Below, in pieces: positions 1 to 9,522 of a DNA stretch of 64,000 bases. The stretch covers positions 96,001 through 160,000 of the forward strand of contig CAVPCT010000001.1 of NCBI GenBank assembly GCA_963702475.1. Direction: 5' to 3'. Origin of the DNA: an uncultured Thermoleophilia bacterium (GTDB lineage Bacteria; Actinomycetota; Thermoleophilia; UBA2241). The translations under genes were made by a program, and so were the position numbers. The stretch's first letter is position 1. Every line of letters begins with the position of its first letter. The notes under the pieces are model-generated. The model was given only the letters and a program-made list of their open reading frames with translations. It was not told where the DNA came from and did no database searches.

Positions 1-23
1 CGGATGGCCGGCGCCGCCGCGTT

Positions 24-917
24 CTAATACTGCCGGTCGGCGCGCACCGCGCTCTTGCGCTGCTCCACGATGGTGTGGAGCATCGGCGTGACCACCAGTC
101 GTATGGCCATCTCCATCTTGCCGCCCGGCACCACGATGCAGTTGGGCCGCGACATGAACGAGTCGTGGATCATGGTGAGCAGGTAGGGGAAGTCCACGCC
201 TTTCGGGTCACGGAAGCGGATGATGACGAGCGACTCGTCCAGGGTGGGGATGTCCCTCGCCATGAAGGGGTTGGACGTGTCCACCACCGGCACGCGCTGG
301 AAGTTCACGTGGGTGTAGGCGAACTGCGGCGTGATGTAGTGCACGTAGTCGTGCATGCGCCGCAGGATGGTGTCGGTGACGGCCTCGATGGAGTAGCTGC
401 GGAGGCGCGTGTCGCGGTGGATCTTCTGGATCCACTCGAGGTTGACGATGGGCACGACGCCGATGAGCAGGTCCACCCAGCGCGCCACGTTCACGTCGCC
501 GTGCTGCACGCCGCCGTGCAGGCCCTCATAGAACAGCAGGTCGCTGTCCTCGGGCAGGTCCTCCCACGGCGTGAACGTGCCGCTCTCGTAGCCCAGGGCG
601 GCCGACTCCTCCGTGTTGTGGACGTAGAAGCGGCGCTTGCCCGTCCCCGAGTCGCCGTAGGCCCTGAACAGCTTCTCGAGTTCCTCGAAGAGGTTGCCCT
701 CCGGGCCGAAGTGGCTGGGCGGGCGGTCCCCCCTGGCGTCCGCCTCCTCGATCGCCAGGCGCATGCCCTCGCGGTCGTACCGGTGGAAGCTGTCACCCTC
801 GACCACCACGGGACGGATGCTCTCGCGATGGAAGATGTGCTCGAACGAGCGTTTGACGGTGGTGGTGCCGGCGCCGCTCGATCCGGTGACGGCGATGACG
901 GGGTGTTTGGCGGACAT
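24..917 (-). CDS. cbbP: Phosphoribulokinase (proteobacterial-type PRK/CbbP)
   Basis: N-terminus MSAKHPVIAVTGSSGAGTTT (P-loop); EGDSFH, YEGLHG, NLEWIQKIHRD and NFQRVPVVDTSNPF motifs; RBS GAGAGGAG in the 24-nt gap after cbbM. Confidence 0.95.
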   Translation of the reverse strand: MSAKHPVIAVTGSSGAGTTTVKRSFEHIFHRESIRPVVVEGDSFHRYDREGMRLAIEEADARGDRPPSHFGPEGNLFEELEKLFRAYGDSGTGKRRFYVHNTEESAALGYESGTFTPWEDLPEDSDLLFYEGLHGGVQHGDVNVARWVDLLIGVVPIVNLEWIQKIHRDTRLRSYSIEAVTDTILRRMHDYVHYITPQFAYTHVNFQRVPVVDTSNPFMARDIPTLDESLVIIRFRDPKGVDFPYLLTMIHDSFMSRPNCIVVPGGKMEMAIRLVVTPMLHTIVEQRKSAVRADRQY

Positions 918-941
918 CGTCGTTGTCTCCTCTCGCGCGGC

Positions 942-2318
942 TCAGGCGACGCCGAGGGCCTCGCGCCACCCGGGGTAGAAGGCGTCGGCGTCGGCAGGGA
1001 AGGACTCGAAGGCGCGGGCGAGCTCGCGGTGCGCGCGGGCGGCGGTGACGAGGTCGACCCCGGCCGTCCACGCCTCCACCGACTGCCGCAGGCTGAGGGC
1101 GCCGGCGACCGGGCCGTCGAGGTGCCCGAAGGCGCCGCCTCCGGACGTCTGCACCACGTTGGCGTGACCGAGGTTGTCGAAGAAGCCCGGCAGGCGCAGG
1201 GCGTTCATGCCGCCGGAGATCATCGGCGTCGTGGCCTTCATGCCGTACCACTCCTGGTGGTAGTACGGGCCGTCGGCCGAGTCCTGCTCGATCATGTAGG
1301 CGATGGCCCGGTCGGACTTGTCGCCCTCCATCTTGCCGAAGCCCATGGTGCCGGTGTGGATGCCGGAGGCTCCCTGCAGGCGCGCCATCTTGGAGAGCAC
1401 GAAGGCCGTGTAGCCGCGCTGGGACTGGGGCGACGTGACGGCGCCGTGCCCGGCGCGGTGGTAGTGCAGGAAGGTGTCAGGGAAGCGGCGGCGCGCCGCC
1501 GTGACCGCCGCCGGCCCGCCGACATACCCGTCCACGAGGAACGCGACGTGGTCCTCGAGCCCGGCGAACGCCTCCAGCACGGCCTCGCCGCGCGCCACCA
1601 TCTCCCACGGGTCGTCGGCGGTGATGTTGGCTGAGAAGAGCTTGGCGCCGCCGGTCTCGTTCTGCGCGCGGCGCATGGCGTCGGCCACCAGGCGCATGGT
1701 CTCGGCGTACGGCGCGAACGGCTGGTTGCCCTGGGGCTCGTCGTTCTTGACGAAGTCGCCGCCGAGCCAGAAGTCGTAGCAGGCCTTGGCGAAGAGCTCC
1801 GGCCGGAGGCCCAGCTTGGGCTTGATGATGGTGCCCACGATCATGCCCCCGTCGGCTTCCGGCCGTCCCAGCACGCGCCAGAAGTCGGCGATGTTGCGCC
1901 GCGGGCCGTCGAACATCTCCAGGTACGCGGGCGGCACGTAGAAGTCGTGCATCTTGGCATACTCCACGTCGCCCATGCCCTGGTTGTTGCCGATCGTCAG
2001 CGTGAGGAACGACACGATCATCGCCTTGCCATCGGTGATGTTGCGGTCGAACAGGTCGAGGGGGTACGCGATCTTCATCAGTCCGCCGGCCTCGTCGGCT
2101 TCGTAGACGATGGCATCCACCGAGCGCGTGAAGTCGTCGGTGGTGGAGACCTCCACGTTGGTGCCGGTGGACGACTCGGCGGCGAAGTGCGCGGCCGTGG
2201 CGAGGAAGCCGTTGCCGGCCTTGGGCTTGAACGTGTAGGCGCACAGGACGTGGCGGCCCTGGGCGATGAGGTCGGCCTCGTCGAGGCTCAGGTCGGCGTA
2301 TCTGCTGGACTGGTCCAC
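942..2318 (-). CDS. cbbM: Ribulose-1,5-bisphosphate carboxylase/oxygenase, form II
   Basis: GTG start at 2318 after GGAGGAGG gives (M)DQSSRYADL, the typical form II N-terminus. Active-site motifs [49 protein letters not shown] and GGG are all intact. No small subunit gene adjacent. Confidence 0.95.
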   Translation of the reverse strand: MDQSSRYADLSLDEADLIAQGRHVLCAYTFKPKAGNGFLATAAHFAAESSTGTNVEVSTTDDFTRSVDAIVYEADEAGGLMKIAYPLDLFDRNITDGKAMIVSFLTLTIGNNQGMGDVEYAKMHDFYVPPAYLEMFDGPRRNIADFWRVLGRPEADGGMIVGTIIKPKLGLRPELFAKACYDFWLGGDFVKNDEPQGNQPFAPYAETMRLVADAMRRAQNETGGAKLFSANITADDPWEMVARGEAVLEAFAGLEDHVAFLVDGYVGGPAAVTAARRRFPDTFLHYHRAGHGAVTSPQSQRGYTAFVLSKMARLQGASGIHTGTMGFGKMEGDKSDRAIAYMIEQDSADGPYYHQEWYGMKATTPMISGGMNALRLPGFFDNLGHANVVQTSGGGAFGHLDGPVAGALSLRQSVEAWTAGVDLVTAARAHRELARAFESFPADADAFYPGWREALGVA

Positions 2319-2432
2319 GTATCCTCCTCCGCTCGCCGGCGCGGGGGCTCCTCGTCGCCGGCCCGTCGAGTGTGTGCGAGCAAGTGTGCCCATCCGCGCC
2401 TGATTCCGCACGCGTTGACGTCGCCCGCGCCC

Positions 2433-2450
2433 CCTTGACCCTGGTCAAGG
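2433..2450. promoter_or_regulatory. Palindrome CCTTGAC-CCTG-GTCAAGG; FNR/CRP-family-like operator between divergent cbbM and pfpI
   Basis: TTGAC-N4-GTCAA with perfect 7-bp arms, about 115 bp upstream of the cbbM start; resembles the FNR consensus TTGAT-N4-ATCAA. Confidence 0.55.
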
Positions 2451-2673
2451 CGGACGGAGGCGCGCCTCGCCGGGTTGCGGGAGCGCGTGAGGAGCGAGCC
2501 GGCGTAGCCCTCCCCCGGTGTCGACCTCGGGGACTGCCGGTCGTGTCACGCGTCGCACTCCGACCGCGACAGCCGTCAGCCGGCGTGTCTCTGCGCCCGC
2601 CGCACGTTTCCCGATGCCGGGGCCGGGAACGTCCCCCGTGTATGTCCCCGGCACGCAAGGGAGGCTGACGGTC

Positions 2674-3237
2674 ATGACGGATGTGCTCGCAGGGCGCAGG
2701 ATCGCGATCCTCGCCACCGACGGGGTCGAGGAGCTTGAGCTCACGGAGCCCAGGCGCGTGCTTGAGGAGGCCGGTGCCACGGTGGAGCTGCTGGCGCCGA
2801 GGGCCGGCTCGATCCTCGCCATGGACCACCTGGACAAGAGCCGGAGCTACGTGGTGGACCGGCCGGTCGGCGAAGCGGCGCCGGCCGACTACGACGGCCT
2901 GGTGCTGCCGGGCGGCGTCGTGAACGCCGACAAGCTGCGCATCGACGCCGGCGCTGTGACCTTCACGGGCGGCGTGCTGAGCTTCGGTACCCCGGTCGGC
3001 GCGATCTGCCACGGGCTGTGGGTCCTCATCGAGACCGGCATGCTCAAAGGCCGCACCGTGACCTCGTATCCCACGCTGCGCACCGACCTCGAGAACGCCG
3101 GCGCCCGCTGGGTCGACGAGGAGGTCCACAACGACGGCGGCCTGGTGACCAGCAGGCGCGTCGCCGACCTCCCGGCCTTCACCGCGAAGCTCGTGGAGGA
3201 GTTCGCCGAAGGCCTGCACCAGCGGCGTCTGGCCTGA
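2674..3237 (+). CDS. PfpI/DJ-1 family (type 1 glutamine amidotransferase-like) protease/deglycase
   Basis: IAILATDGVEELE, DGLVLPGG, AICHG nucleophile motif, DLENAGARWVDEEV; RBS GGAGG. Confidence 0.9.
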   Translation: MTDVLAGRRIAILATDGVEELELTEPRRVLEEAGATVELLAPRAGSILAMDHLDKSRSYVVDRPVGEAAPADYDGLVLPGGVVNADKLRIDAGAVTFTGGVLSFGTPVGAICHGLWVLIETGMLKGRTVTSYPTLRTDLENAGARWVDEEVHNDGGLVTSRRVADLPAFTAKLVEEFAEGLHQRRLA

Positions 3238-3452
3238 CCGGCCCGGGGCCTGCGGCCGGGCGTGCCCCGTCACTCGGCCGCGACTCTCCGTTTCGTCCCG
3301 GGCCGCACGCAAGACGCTCCTTGCGGGCCCTGACGCAGCTGTTCACAGCGCCACTACCGTCTTGGTAGAGTCGGGCGAAGTCCGACGGCGGTGCGAGTGG
3401 CCCGGTCGCCTGCTCGCCTCAAGGGTGCCGTCGCCACGTGTGGAGGTCGCTC

Positions 3453-5519
3453 ATGAGACGGTCCCTGTTCACGCTCGCCTGTGCTCTCACCCTGCTCGGG
3501 CTGTGGCCCGCCGCGGCCCAGGCACTCACGTTCAACGAGGCGGTCGACCAGCTCTTCGAGGAGGGCTACCCGCAGCGCCTCGAGCAGACGATCATCGGCT
3601 TCACGGCGGTCCCGTTGGGCTTCCGCTGGACCGGCTCCGACGCAGACACGCAAGCTGCTCAGTTCATCGCCGCCGAGATGGAGGCCATCGGCCTCACCGA
3701 CGTCAAGCTCGAGGCTGTCCCCGTGGACGCCTGGACCCTCAAGGACGCGCACGTCACGGTCGGAGACAAGGTGATGCCCGCCTCGAGCTACCCGGGCGTC
3801 CCCGCCACGGGTCCCGAAGGCGTCACGGGCCAGGTCGTCCGCATCCCCGGTGCCGCCTCCAAGGCCGACTTCGACAAAGTCGGCGACCTCACCGGCAAGA
3901 TCGCCCTGATCAACTTCGCCTCGGACTACTGGTGGATGAACTTTCCCTGCGCCGAGGCGGGTCTGCGCGGCGCCAAGGCCGTCATCCTCATCTACGATAA
4001 GGAGTACCCCGGTTACGCCGGCGCCCCCGGCGCCTTCAACTCCAACGACCCCGGCTACACGTACACGTCGCCCCCGCTGGTGTGGCTGCCCAGCACCTCG
4101 GCCGCCTGGCTCAAGAAGCAGCTGGCCAAGGGACCGACCACTGCCACCGTCACCCTGATCTCCGAGCACACTCTCGCCGAGGACGGCGGGGTGGGCTACA
4201 ACGTGGTCGGCTCTCTGCCGGGCAGCAGCGACGACGGCACGCGTATCGTGTTCGGCGGTCACCACGACGCCCACTTCAGCGGCGCCCTGGACAACGCCAC
4301 GTCCTGCGTCGCCGAGCTCGTCATCGCCAAGGCCATGAAGATGTGCGGCTACCAGCCCGCGAGCACCGTCGTCTTCTTCAACACCACCGCCGAGGAGTGG
4401 GGCTACACCGACTGCAACTACGACTGGCTGGTCGGCTCCACGTACTCCATCCAGCACACGCACCAGGACTGGCCGGGCACCGTCAAGGCCATGCTCAACC
4501 TTGAGATCATGGGCTACAAGGGCGGCTCCCTGTGGTTCACCGCGACCCGCGACCTCAAGCCGTGGGTCGAGGCAGAGATGAAGGCGCACCCCAAGCTGGT
4601 CGGCAAGGCAGGCAAGGTGTACGCACCCGAGGGGTCGTTGTGGTTCAGCTACAACGACCAGTGGCCGCTCACCGCGTCCGGCATCCCGTCCACCTGCATG
4701 TGGACGCCCGACGAGCGCTACTCGGCGGACTACTACCACACGCAGTACGACGAGGTCGCCAAGCTCGACTGGGACTTCTTCAGGAAGAACATCAAGTTCC
4801 ACCTGGAGCTGGCGCGGAGCATCGACGACGGGCTCCTGCCGTACCGTCTGTCGGGCGGCGCCGCCGCGCTGGCGTCGGCGTCCAAGTCGGCGGCATTCGC
4901 CGACGCCGGCATCGACTCCGCCGTGGCGACGGCCTATCTGGCGGCCACCAGGTCCTATGCGGCGGCCGCCAAGACGTTCGACGCTCGCCGTGCCAAGGTG
5001 GCGGCCGGCGACGTGGCCGTCATCAACGCCGGCCTCCTGGCGGTGCAGAAGTCCGTGCACTCCAATCTCACGGCGCTCGACGTGTGGGACGACACCGTGT
5101 ACCCGTTCGTGCAGCCGATGACCGATCTCACGGGCATGCAGACCACGGTCGCGCTCCTGCAGAAGTCCCCGGTGCAGTACAAGAAGGCGCTGCAGGCGCT
5201 GGCCGGCGTCAACCTGGCCTATTACGGCATCAACTTCAGCTACGACGTCTACCACACCAACCTGCTGCAGCGGGTGCCGGGCTACGTGCACGCCAACATG
5301 GCCGACCTGGGCCACATGGCCATGACGCTCGACGTGATGCCCGACTACGACATGATCGTCGCGGCGCAGGCGGCCAAGGCGACACCGACGGCAGCCATCG
5401 CCTCACTGCGCACGAAGATCGCCGCGGAGCAGCAGGACATCGAGACTCGCCTGACCGCGCTCACCGGCGTGCTGCAGGCCGTGACGGGTCAGATCGAGGA
5501 CATCACGCCGGAGAAGTAG
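3453..5519 (+). CDS. Secreted M28-family metallopeptidase with PA domain
   Basis: Sec signal peptide (MRRSLF...AAAQA); PA-like GKIALI/GAKAVILI; Zn-ligand motifs GHHD, DNA, EE, YH; RBS GGAGG. Confidence 0.8.
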   Translation: MRRSLFTLACALTLLGLWPAAAQALTFNEAVDQLFEEGYPQRLEQTIIGFTAVPLGFRWTGSDADTQAAQFIAAEMEAIGLTDVKLEAVPVDAWTLKDAHVTVGDKVMPASSYPGVPATGPEGVTGQVVRIPGAASKADFDKVGDLTGKIALINFASDYWWMNFPCAEAGLRGAKAVILIYDKEYPGYAGAPGAFNSNDPGYTYTSPPLVWLPSTSAAWLKKQLAKGPTTATVTLISEHTLAEDGGVGYNVVGSLPGSSDDGTRIVFGGHHDAHFSGALDNATSCVAELVIAKAMKMCGYQPASTVVFFNTTAEEWGYTDCNYDWLVGSTYSIQHTHQDWPGTVKAMLNLEIMGYKGGSLWFTATRDLKPWVEAEMKAHPKLVGKAGKVYAPEGSLWFSYNDQWPLTASGIPSTCMWTPDERYSADYYHTQYDEVAKLDWDFFRKNIKFHLELARSIDDGLLPYRLSGGAAALASASKSAAFADAGIDSAVATAYLAATRSYAAAAKTFDARRAKVAAGDVAVINAGLLAVQKSVHSNLTALDVWDDTVYPFVQPMTDLTGMQTTVALLQKSPVQYKKALQALAGVNLAYYGINFSYDVYHTNLLQRVPGYVHANMADLGHMAMTLDVMPDYDMIVAAQAAKATPTAAIASLRTKIAAEQQDIETRLTALTGVLQAVTGQIEDITPEK

Positions 5520-5647
5520 GACCGCTCAGCGAAAGGAGGGCCCGTGGCGCCCACGCTCAGACGCGGCCAGGAGCCGGACGACTCCGCGTACCGGCACGCC
5601 CTGCACCCGCCGGCGCTGGCGCGGCTGCACGGCACGGACTGAAGACT

Positions 5648-5689
5648 GCCGGCCGGCGCGGCGGGCTGCAGCCCGCCGCGCCGGCCGGC
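5648..5689. terminator. 42-bp perfect GC palindrome; probable bidirectional terminator between convergent genes
   Basis: GCCGGCCGGCGCGGCGGGC-TGCA-GCCCGCCGCGCCGGCCGGC. Confidence 0.65.
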
Positions 5690-5726
5690 TCTCAGTCTGG
5701 GTACCCTGAGGGCGGGCCCGGCCCCG

Positions 5727-6119
5727 TCAGAGCCGGTTGTAGAAGCCGGGTTCGCGGACCGCGGCGGCCTCGTCGCCGGACACGTCGACGTAGCCGGGGG
5801 CGACGAGCAGCACGCCGTCGGCGACGAGCTGGAGCCCGCCGTCCACGGCGTAGGCCAGGCCGCTGCAGAAGTCGGTGAGGCGGGCGGCCAGGGTGGGGCT
5901 GCACTCGCGCAGGTCGACGAGCACGAGCTCGTCGCGGCGGATGCGGTCGGCGATGGTCTGGGCGTCCCCGAACTCGTGCGGGGTCAAGAGCTCGACGCGC
6001 ACGTCGGGGGTGCGCACCAGGTCAAGGCGGACGGGACTCGCCGGCGTCGTCCCGCCAGGTCCCGGCATTGTCGTACCAGTCGTCGTAGGCGTGGTCTTTC
6101 CTGCCCATGCTGCCTCCAT
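5727..6119 (-). CDS. sepF: Cell division protein SepF homolog
   Basis: F-x-DAQTIADRIR...VLVDL...RLTDFCSGLAYAVDG...VLLVAP pattern; start uncertain. Confidence 0.75.
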   Translation of the reverse strand: MEAAWAGKTTPTTTGTTMPGPGGTTPASPVRLDLVRTPDVRVELLTPHEFGDAQTIADRIRRDELVLVDLRECSPTLAARLTDFCSGLAYAVDGGLQLVADGVLLVAPGYVDVSGDEAAAVREPGFYNRL

Positions 6120-6219
6120 CGAAAGCGGTCCCTTCTGATTCGGCGCCGGCTTCGCGTCGCCTTCCCGCCGAAGCTCCGGCGACGAGACAAGCGGGGGCCG
6201 TGTGCAGTAGGGTGCCGCC

Positions 6220-7425
6220 ATGGACGACGATGTCGAGCGGGAGGAGCCGCGGACGGCGGGAGACGCGGCGGCGACGTGTGACGAGGGGCGGCCGGAGCCG
6301 CAGGCTCCGCCGGCCGCCACGCCGCTCTCGACCGTCCTCGGCCAGTTCTCTCCCATCCAGCGGCTCCTCATCACCACCGCCGCCATCGCCGTCACCCTGC
6401 TCTTCATGCGCATCACGGCCGGCATCATCGTGCCGGTGTTGCTGGCGCTGGTCGTGACGATGGCGGTCTCACCGTTTCTGGATTGGCTGATGCGCCACCA
6501 CATCCCGCCCATCGTGGCGTGGCTCATCACCGTGGTCCTCACCACCGCCGCCGTGGTGTTCGTGTTCGTGCTGGGCGGCATAGGCATCGCCCGGCTGATC
6601 GGTGAGCTGAACGGCTACCTCACCGAGCTCACCGTCCAGCTGAGTGACGCGACGGGGTTCCTGGGCAACATCGGGATCCACCTGGAGGGCCTGTTCGAGC
6701 GTGACGGCCTGTTGCCGCCACATCGCATCATCTCGTTCAGCGTCCGGATCCTGCAGCTGCTGCAGAAGCTCTTCGGCGCGGTCAGCCTCACACTGCTCAT
6801 CGTCTTCTTCATGCTGGCTGAGTCCATCACGCTGCGGCTCAAGGTCCTGCGGACCCCCCCGCGCGTGAGCCCGCTCATCCAGCGTCTCGAACTGTTCACC
6901 CGTGACATGCGTGCCTTCGTCCAGGCAACGGCCATCATCGGCATCGTCAACGGCGTGGCCGTCGGCGTCTTCCTCTATCTGCTGGGCATCGAGCTCGCGC
7001 TCATGTGGGGCCTGTTCGCCTTCTTGATGACGTTCATCCCCACGCTGGGCTTCTTCCTCGCCGTGCTGCCCCCGTGCTTCTTCGCCCTGCTCGATCAGGG
7101 GTGGCGGACGGCGCTGCTCGTGTTCATCGGGTTCCTCGTCATCTGGGCCGTCACCGGTACTCTGCGCAGCGGGCGCTTCGTAGGCAGGCGCCTGAACCTC
7201 GCGCCGATCGTGATCCTGCTCTCCATCATCCTGTGGGGCTGGGTGCTGGGGATCATGGGCGGCCTGCTGGCGGTGCCCATGACGCTGCTCGTGCGGCGCG
7301 TGCTGCTCGAGGCCTACGACGAATCGCGCTGGATCACCGACCTGCTCGGGCGCCCCACCTGGACCCCCGCCGCGGACGAGGCGCAGCCGTCGGCGGGCGC
7401 CGGCGGGGACGAAGCCAAGGCCTGA
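6220..7425 (+). CDS. AI-2E family transporter
   Basis: Multiple TM helices, FIPTLG, LNLAP...WGWVLGIMGGLLAVP; TAGGGT 6 nt before the ATG suggests a leaderless mRNA. Confidence 0.85.
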   Translation: MDDDVEREEPRTAGDAAATCDEGRPEPQAPPAATPLSTVLGQFSPIQRLLITTAAIAVTLLFMRITAGIIVPVLLALVVTMAVSPFLDWLMRHHIPPIVAWLITVVLTTAAVVFVFVLGGIGIARLIGELNGYLTELTVQLSDATGFLGNIGIHLEGLFERDGLLPPHRIISFSVRILQLLQKLFGAVSLTLLIVFFMLAESITLRLKVLRTPPRVSPLIQRLELFTRDMRAFVQATAIIGIVNGVAVGVFLYLLGIELALMWGLFAFLMTFIPTLGFFLAVLPPCFFALLDQGWRTALLVFIGFLVIWAVTGTLRSGRFVGRRLNLAPIVILLSIILWGWVLGIMGGLLAVPMTLLVRRVLLEAYDESRWITDLLGRPTWTPAADEAQPSAGAGGDEAKA

Positions 7426-7507
7426 GCCCGCCCGCCGACCGGTGCGGCGCCGTCGTGCGACGGTGAGCGAGGCCGCCGGCGACGGCCGCGGGTCCGGCGT
7501 CCCCGGG

Positions 7508-8044
7508 CTACCAGATGAACGGCAGAAAGCGCCTGCGCACGTCGCGGCTGTACGCCTCGTACTCCGCGTGCGCCTCGCGCAGCCAGGCCTCTTCGCGGCG
7601 GCGCTTCAGTTCGAAGAGGGGCAGCGTGAGCGCAGCCGGCAGCAAGGCGCGCGGTGAGGTCAGGAGCGCCCACGCGAAGCTGATCAGGAAGACACCGCCG
7701 TAGAGAGGGTGCCTGACCAGGCCGTAGACGCCGCCGCGCCGTAGTTCGCCGCCGGTGACGGGGCGCGGGAACGGCGTCAGCAGGCGCCCGAGGCGCACGG
7801 AGCCGCCGGCGAAGAGCGCCAGGCCGGCGGCCAGCAGCAAGCCTCCTGCCAGCAGTCGCGGTGGCGTCCCGGACCGCGGCCACCGCGGGCCGCGCAGGCC
7901 ACAGGCGGCCTCGGCGAGGAACAGCACTGTCTGGAGGGCGACCCAGCCTTCGCCGTGCGGCCCGAGCGCGGGTACGCGCATCCGTGCGCCCCGCGTGCCG
8001 GCGCCCGTTACCGGGTCCTGTCGCCCTGCACCCACGTCCCTCAT
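7508..8044 (-). CDS. Isoprenylcysteine carboxyl methyltransferase (ICMT/PEMT)-family membrane protein
   Basis: LTPFP, GVYGLVRHPLYGG, KRRREEAWL...Y..Y...VRRRFLP. Confidence 0.85.
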   Translation of the reverse strand: MRDVGAGRQDPVTGAGTRGARMRVPALGPHGEGWVALQTVLFLAEAACGLRGPRWPRSGTPPRLLAGGLLLAAGLALFAGGSVRLGRLLTPFPRPVTGGELRRGGVYGLVRHPLYGGVFLISFAWALLTSPRALLPAALTLPLFELKRRREEAWLREAHAEYEAYSRDVRRRFLPFIW

Positions 8045-8062
8045 GTGCCCGTCTCCGCGCGC

Positions 8063-8758
8063 TCACCGCGTGAAGTACTCGACGAGGGCCTGCTCCTCCG
8101 CCTCGGCGAGCTGGGCGCCGCGCTGCTTCATCGAGTCGATGAGCGCCTGGGCCTCGGCGGCGTCGCCGGCGCGGAATGCGAGCGCCTGGTCGGCGGAGTG
8201 ACAGCGGCTGCAGCGCTGGTCGATGACTGTGACCGCGTCGCTCGCGGCGGAGGACGTCGGCGACGGGCTGGGCGTGGACCCGGACGGCGCGTTCTGGTCG
8301 CCGGCGAGCGAGGCGCCGAACCCGTCGGCCAGCGTCTGCCTCTCCGCGTCGTTGAGCTTGGCGCCGGGGTGGATGAGCGTGTACTGCAGCGGTGGCATCT
8401 CGCCGTCGACGGCGTCGCGGACCTGCTCCGCCGTCACCGACCCGTTCCACTCGGAGAAGTTCAGCCGGCTGCGGCCCTCGCTGACATCCCGCCACACCAG
8501 CCACGAGGCCGGGGCGATGCTGGTGGCCCACCACCACTTGGTCTCGTTGCTGTGACAGTCGTAGCAGGACTCCCGGGCCACGGCCTCGGCGGCGGGGTCG
8601 GCCCAAACGAAGGCGGCTGTGACCGGCGGATTGTCGTGGTCCTTCCCGTAGGGGATGAACTGGATCACGATGAAGACCGCCACGAGGGTTCCGATCACCC
8701 ACAGGGCGGTCCTGAGCCAGGACCGCTTCGGTCGTCCGGACGTGCGTGCCGTGCTCAC
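8063..8758 (-). CDS. Membrane-anchored heme-binding (Haem_bd) c-type cytochrome with a second CxxCH domain
   Basis: N-terminal TM, QFIPY...NPP, CYDCHSNET, GRSRLNFSEW, MPPLQY; second CSRCH after a Ser/Pro linker. Confidence 0.8.
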   Translation of the reverse strand: MSTARTSGRPKRSWLRTALWVIGTLVAVFIVIQFIPYGKDHDNPPVTAAFVWADPAAEAVARESCYDCHSNETKWWWATSIAPASWLVWRDVSEGRSRLNFSEWNGSVTAEQVRDAVDGEMPPLQYTLIHPGAKLNDAERQTLADGFGASLAGDQNAPSGSTPSPSPTSSAASDAVTVIDQRCSRCHSADQALAFRAGDAAEAQALIDSMKQRGAQLAEAEEQALVEYFTR

Positions 8759-8871
8759 CTGGGTCCTCCTCCGATCTCACAGCGACATGATATCGGAGCA
8801 TACTACTCCGGTATGAGGGTCGCCAACCGGCGCACGAGGTCGGGCCCGGAGCCGGCGGGTGCTCGCACGAA

Positions 8872-8908
8872 GAGAGGCCGCGGCAGGACGGTGCCGCCGC
8901 GGCCTCTC
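8872..8908 (-). terminator. GC hairpin downstream of the 86-aa gene
   Basis: GAGAGGCCGCGGC...GCCGCGGCCTCTC inverted repeat. Confidence 0.5.
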
Positions 8909-8950
8909 GGGCTGCTCTTCCCGGGCGTCCCGGACGGTGCCGAGTACCAG

Positions 8951-9211
8951 TCAGAACCGGACGGCAACGAGCGAGAGGCCGAGGGCCTCCTCGGTCTCGC
9001 GGATACGGGCGAGCTGCGCGTCGTCGGGTATGGCCGGCTCCGCCTCGAGCACGGGTCCGAACTGCTCCATGATGGCGCGCAGCTTCGCTTCACGCTCGGC
9101 CCCCATCTCGCGGCAGGAGAAGGCCACGACGGTCAGGCCGACCTCGTCCTCAAGGGTGGCGATCTGCGCCAACTGGTCGTCGTCGAGCTGTCTCGCGATC
9201 TCACAGAACAT
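8951..9211 (-). CDS. Small hypothetical protein with internal duplication
   Basis: RBS GGAGG; repeats LDDDQLAQIATLEDEVGLTVVAF / PDDAQLARIRETEEALGLSLVAV. Confidence 0.7.
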   Translation of the reverse strand: MFCEIARQLDDDQLAQIATLEDEVGLTVVAFSCREMGAEREAKLRAIMEQFGPVLEAEPAIPDDAQLARIRETEEALGLSLVAVRF

Positions 9212-9410
9212 CGGTGCGCCTCCCCGCGTCGCCCGCCGCGCCGGGCCCCGACCGGGCGGCGCGTCTCACCGAGGCAGGGGTTCGGGCGCGACCGGCCCGT
9301 CCCTTCCTCCGCGCCCGCAGTTCTCCTCCGCCGGCCAGGGCGGCCTCTCGCGGCGCGGGTGCAAGCTCGTGCCGTCCGGCCGGACGGTGTCACTCGGAAG
9401 GGGTGGGCAC

Positions 9411-9470
9411 ATGAGTGAGCGCGGCATGATCGTCGTGGGGGCCGGCATCACTGGCCTCACGCGGTCCCGG
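9411..9470 (+). pseudogene. 5' remnant of an FAD/NAD(P)-dependent oxidoreductase
   Basis: Purine-rich RBS then MSERGMIVVGAGITGLT (Rossmann GxGxxG); protein-like sequence is lost immediately afterwards. Confidence 0.5.
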
Positions 9471-9522
9471 TCGCCGCGCGGCCCGGTGGCGGTGCCGCTC
9501 AGACGGTCGCGTCGGCGCTGTG

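Noticed and set aside
942-2318. RuBisCO-like protein (form IV) or form II/III
   Set aside because: It has the full carboxylase residue set, the DQSSRY N-terminus and an adjacent PRK, with no obvious large insertion. This fits true form II.
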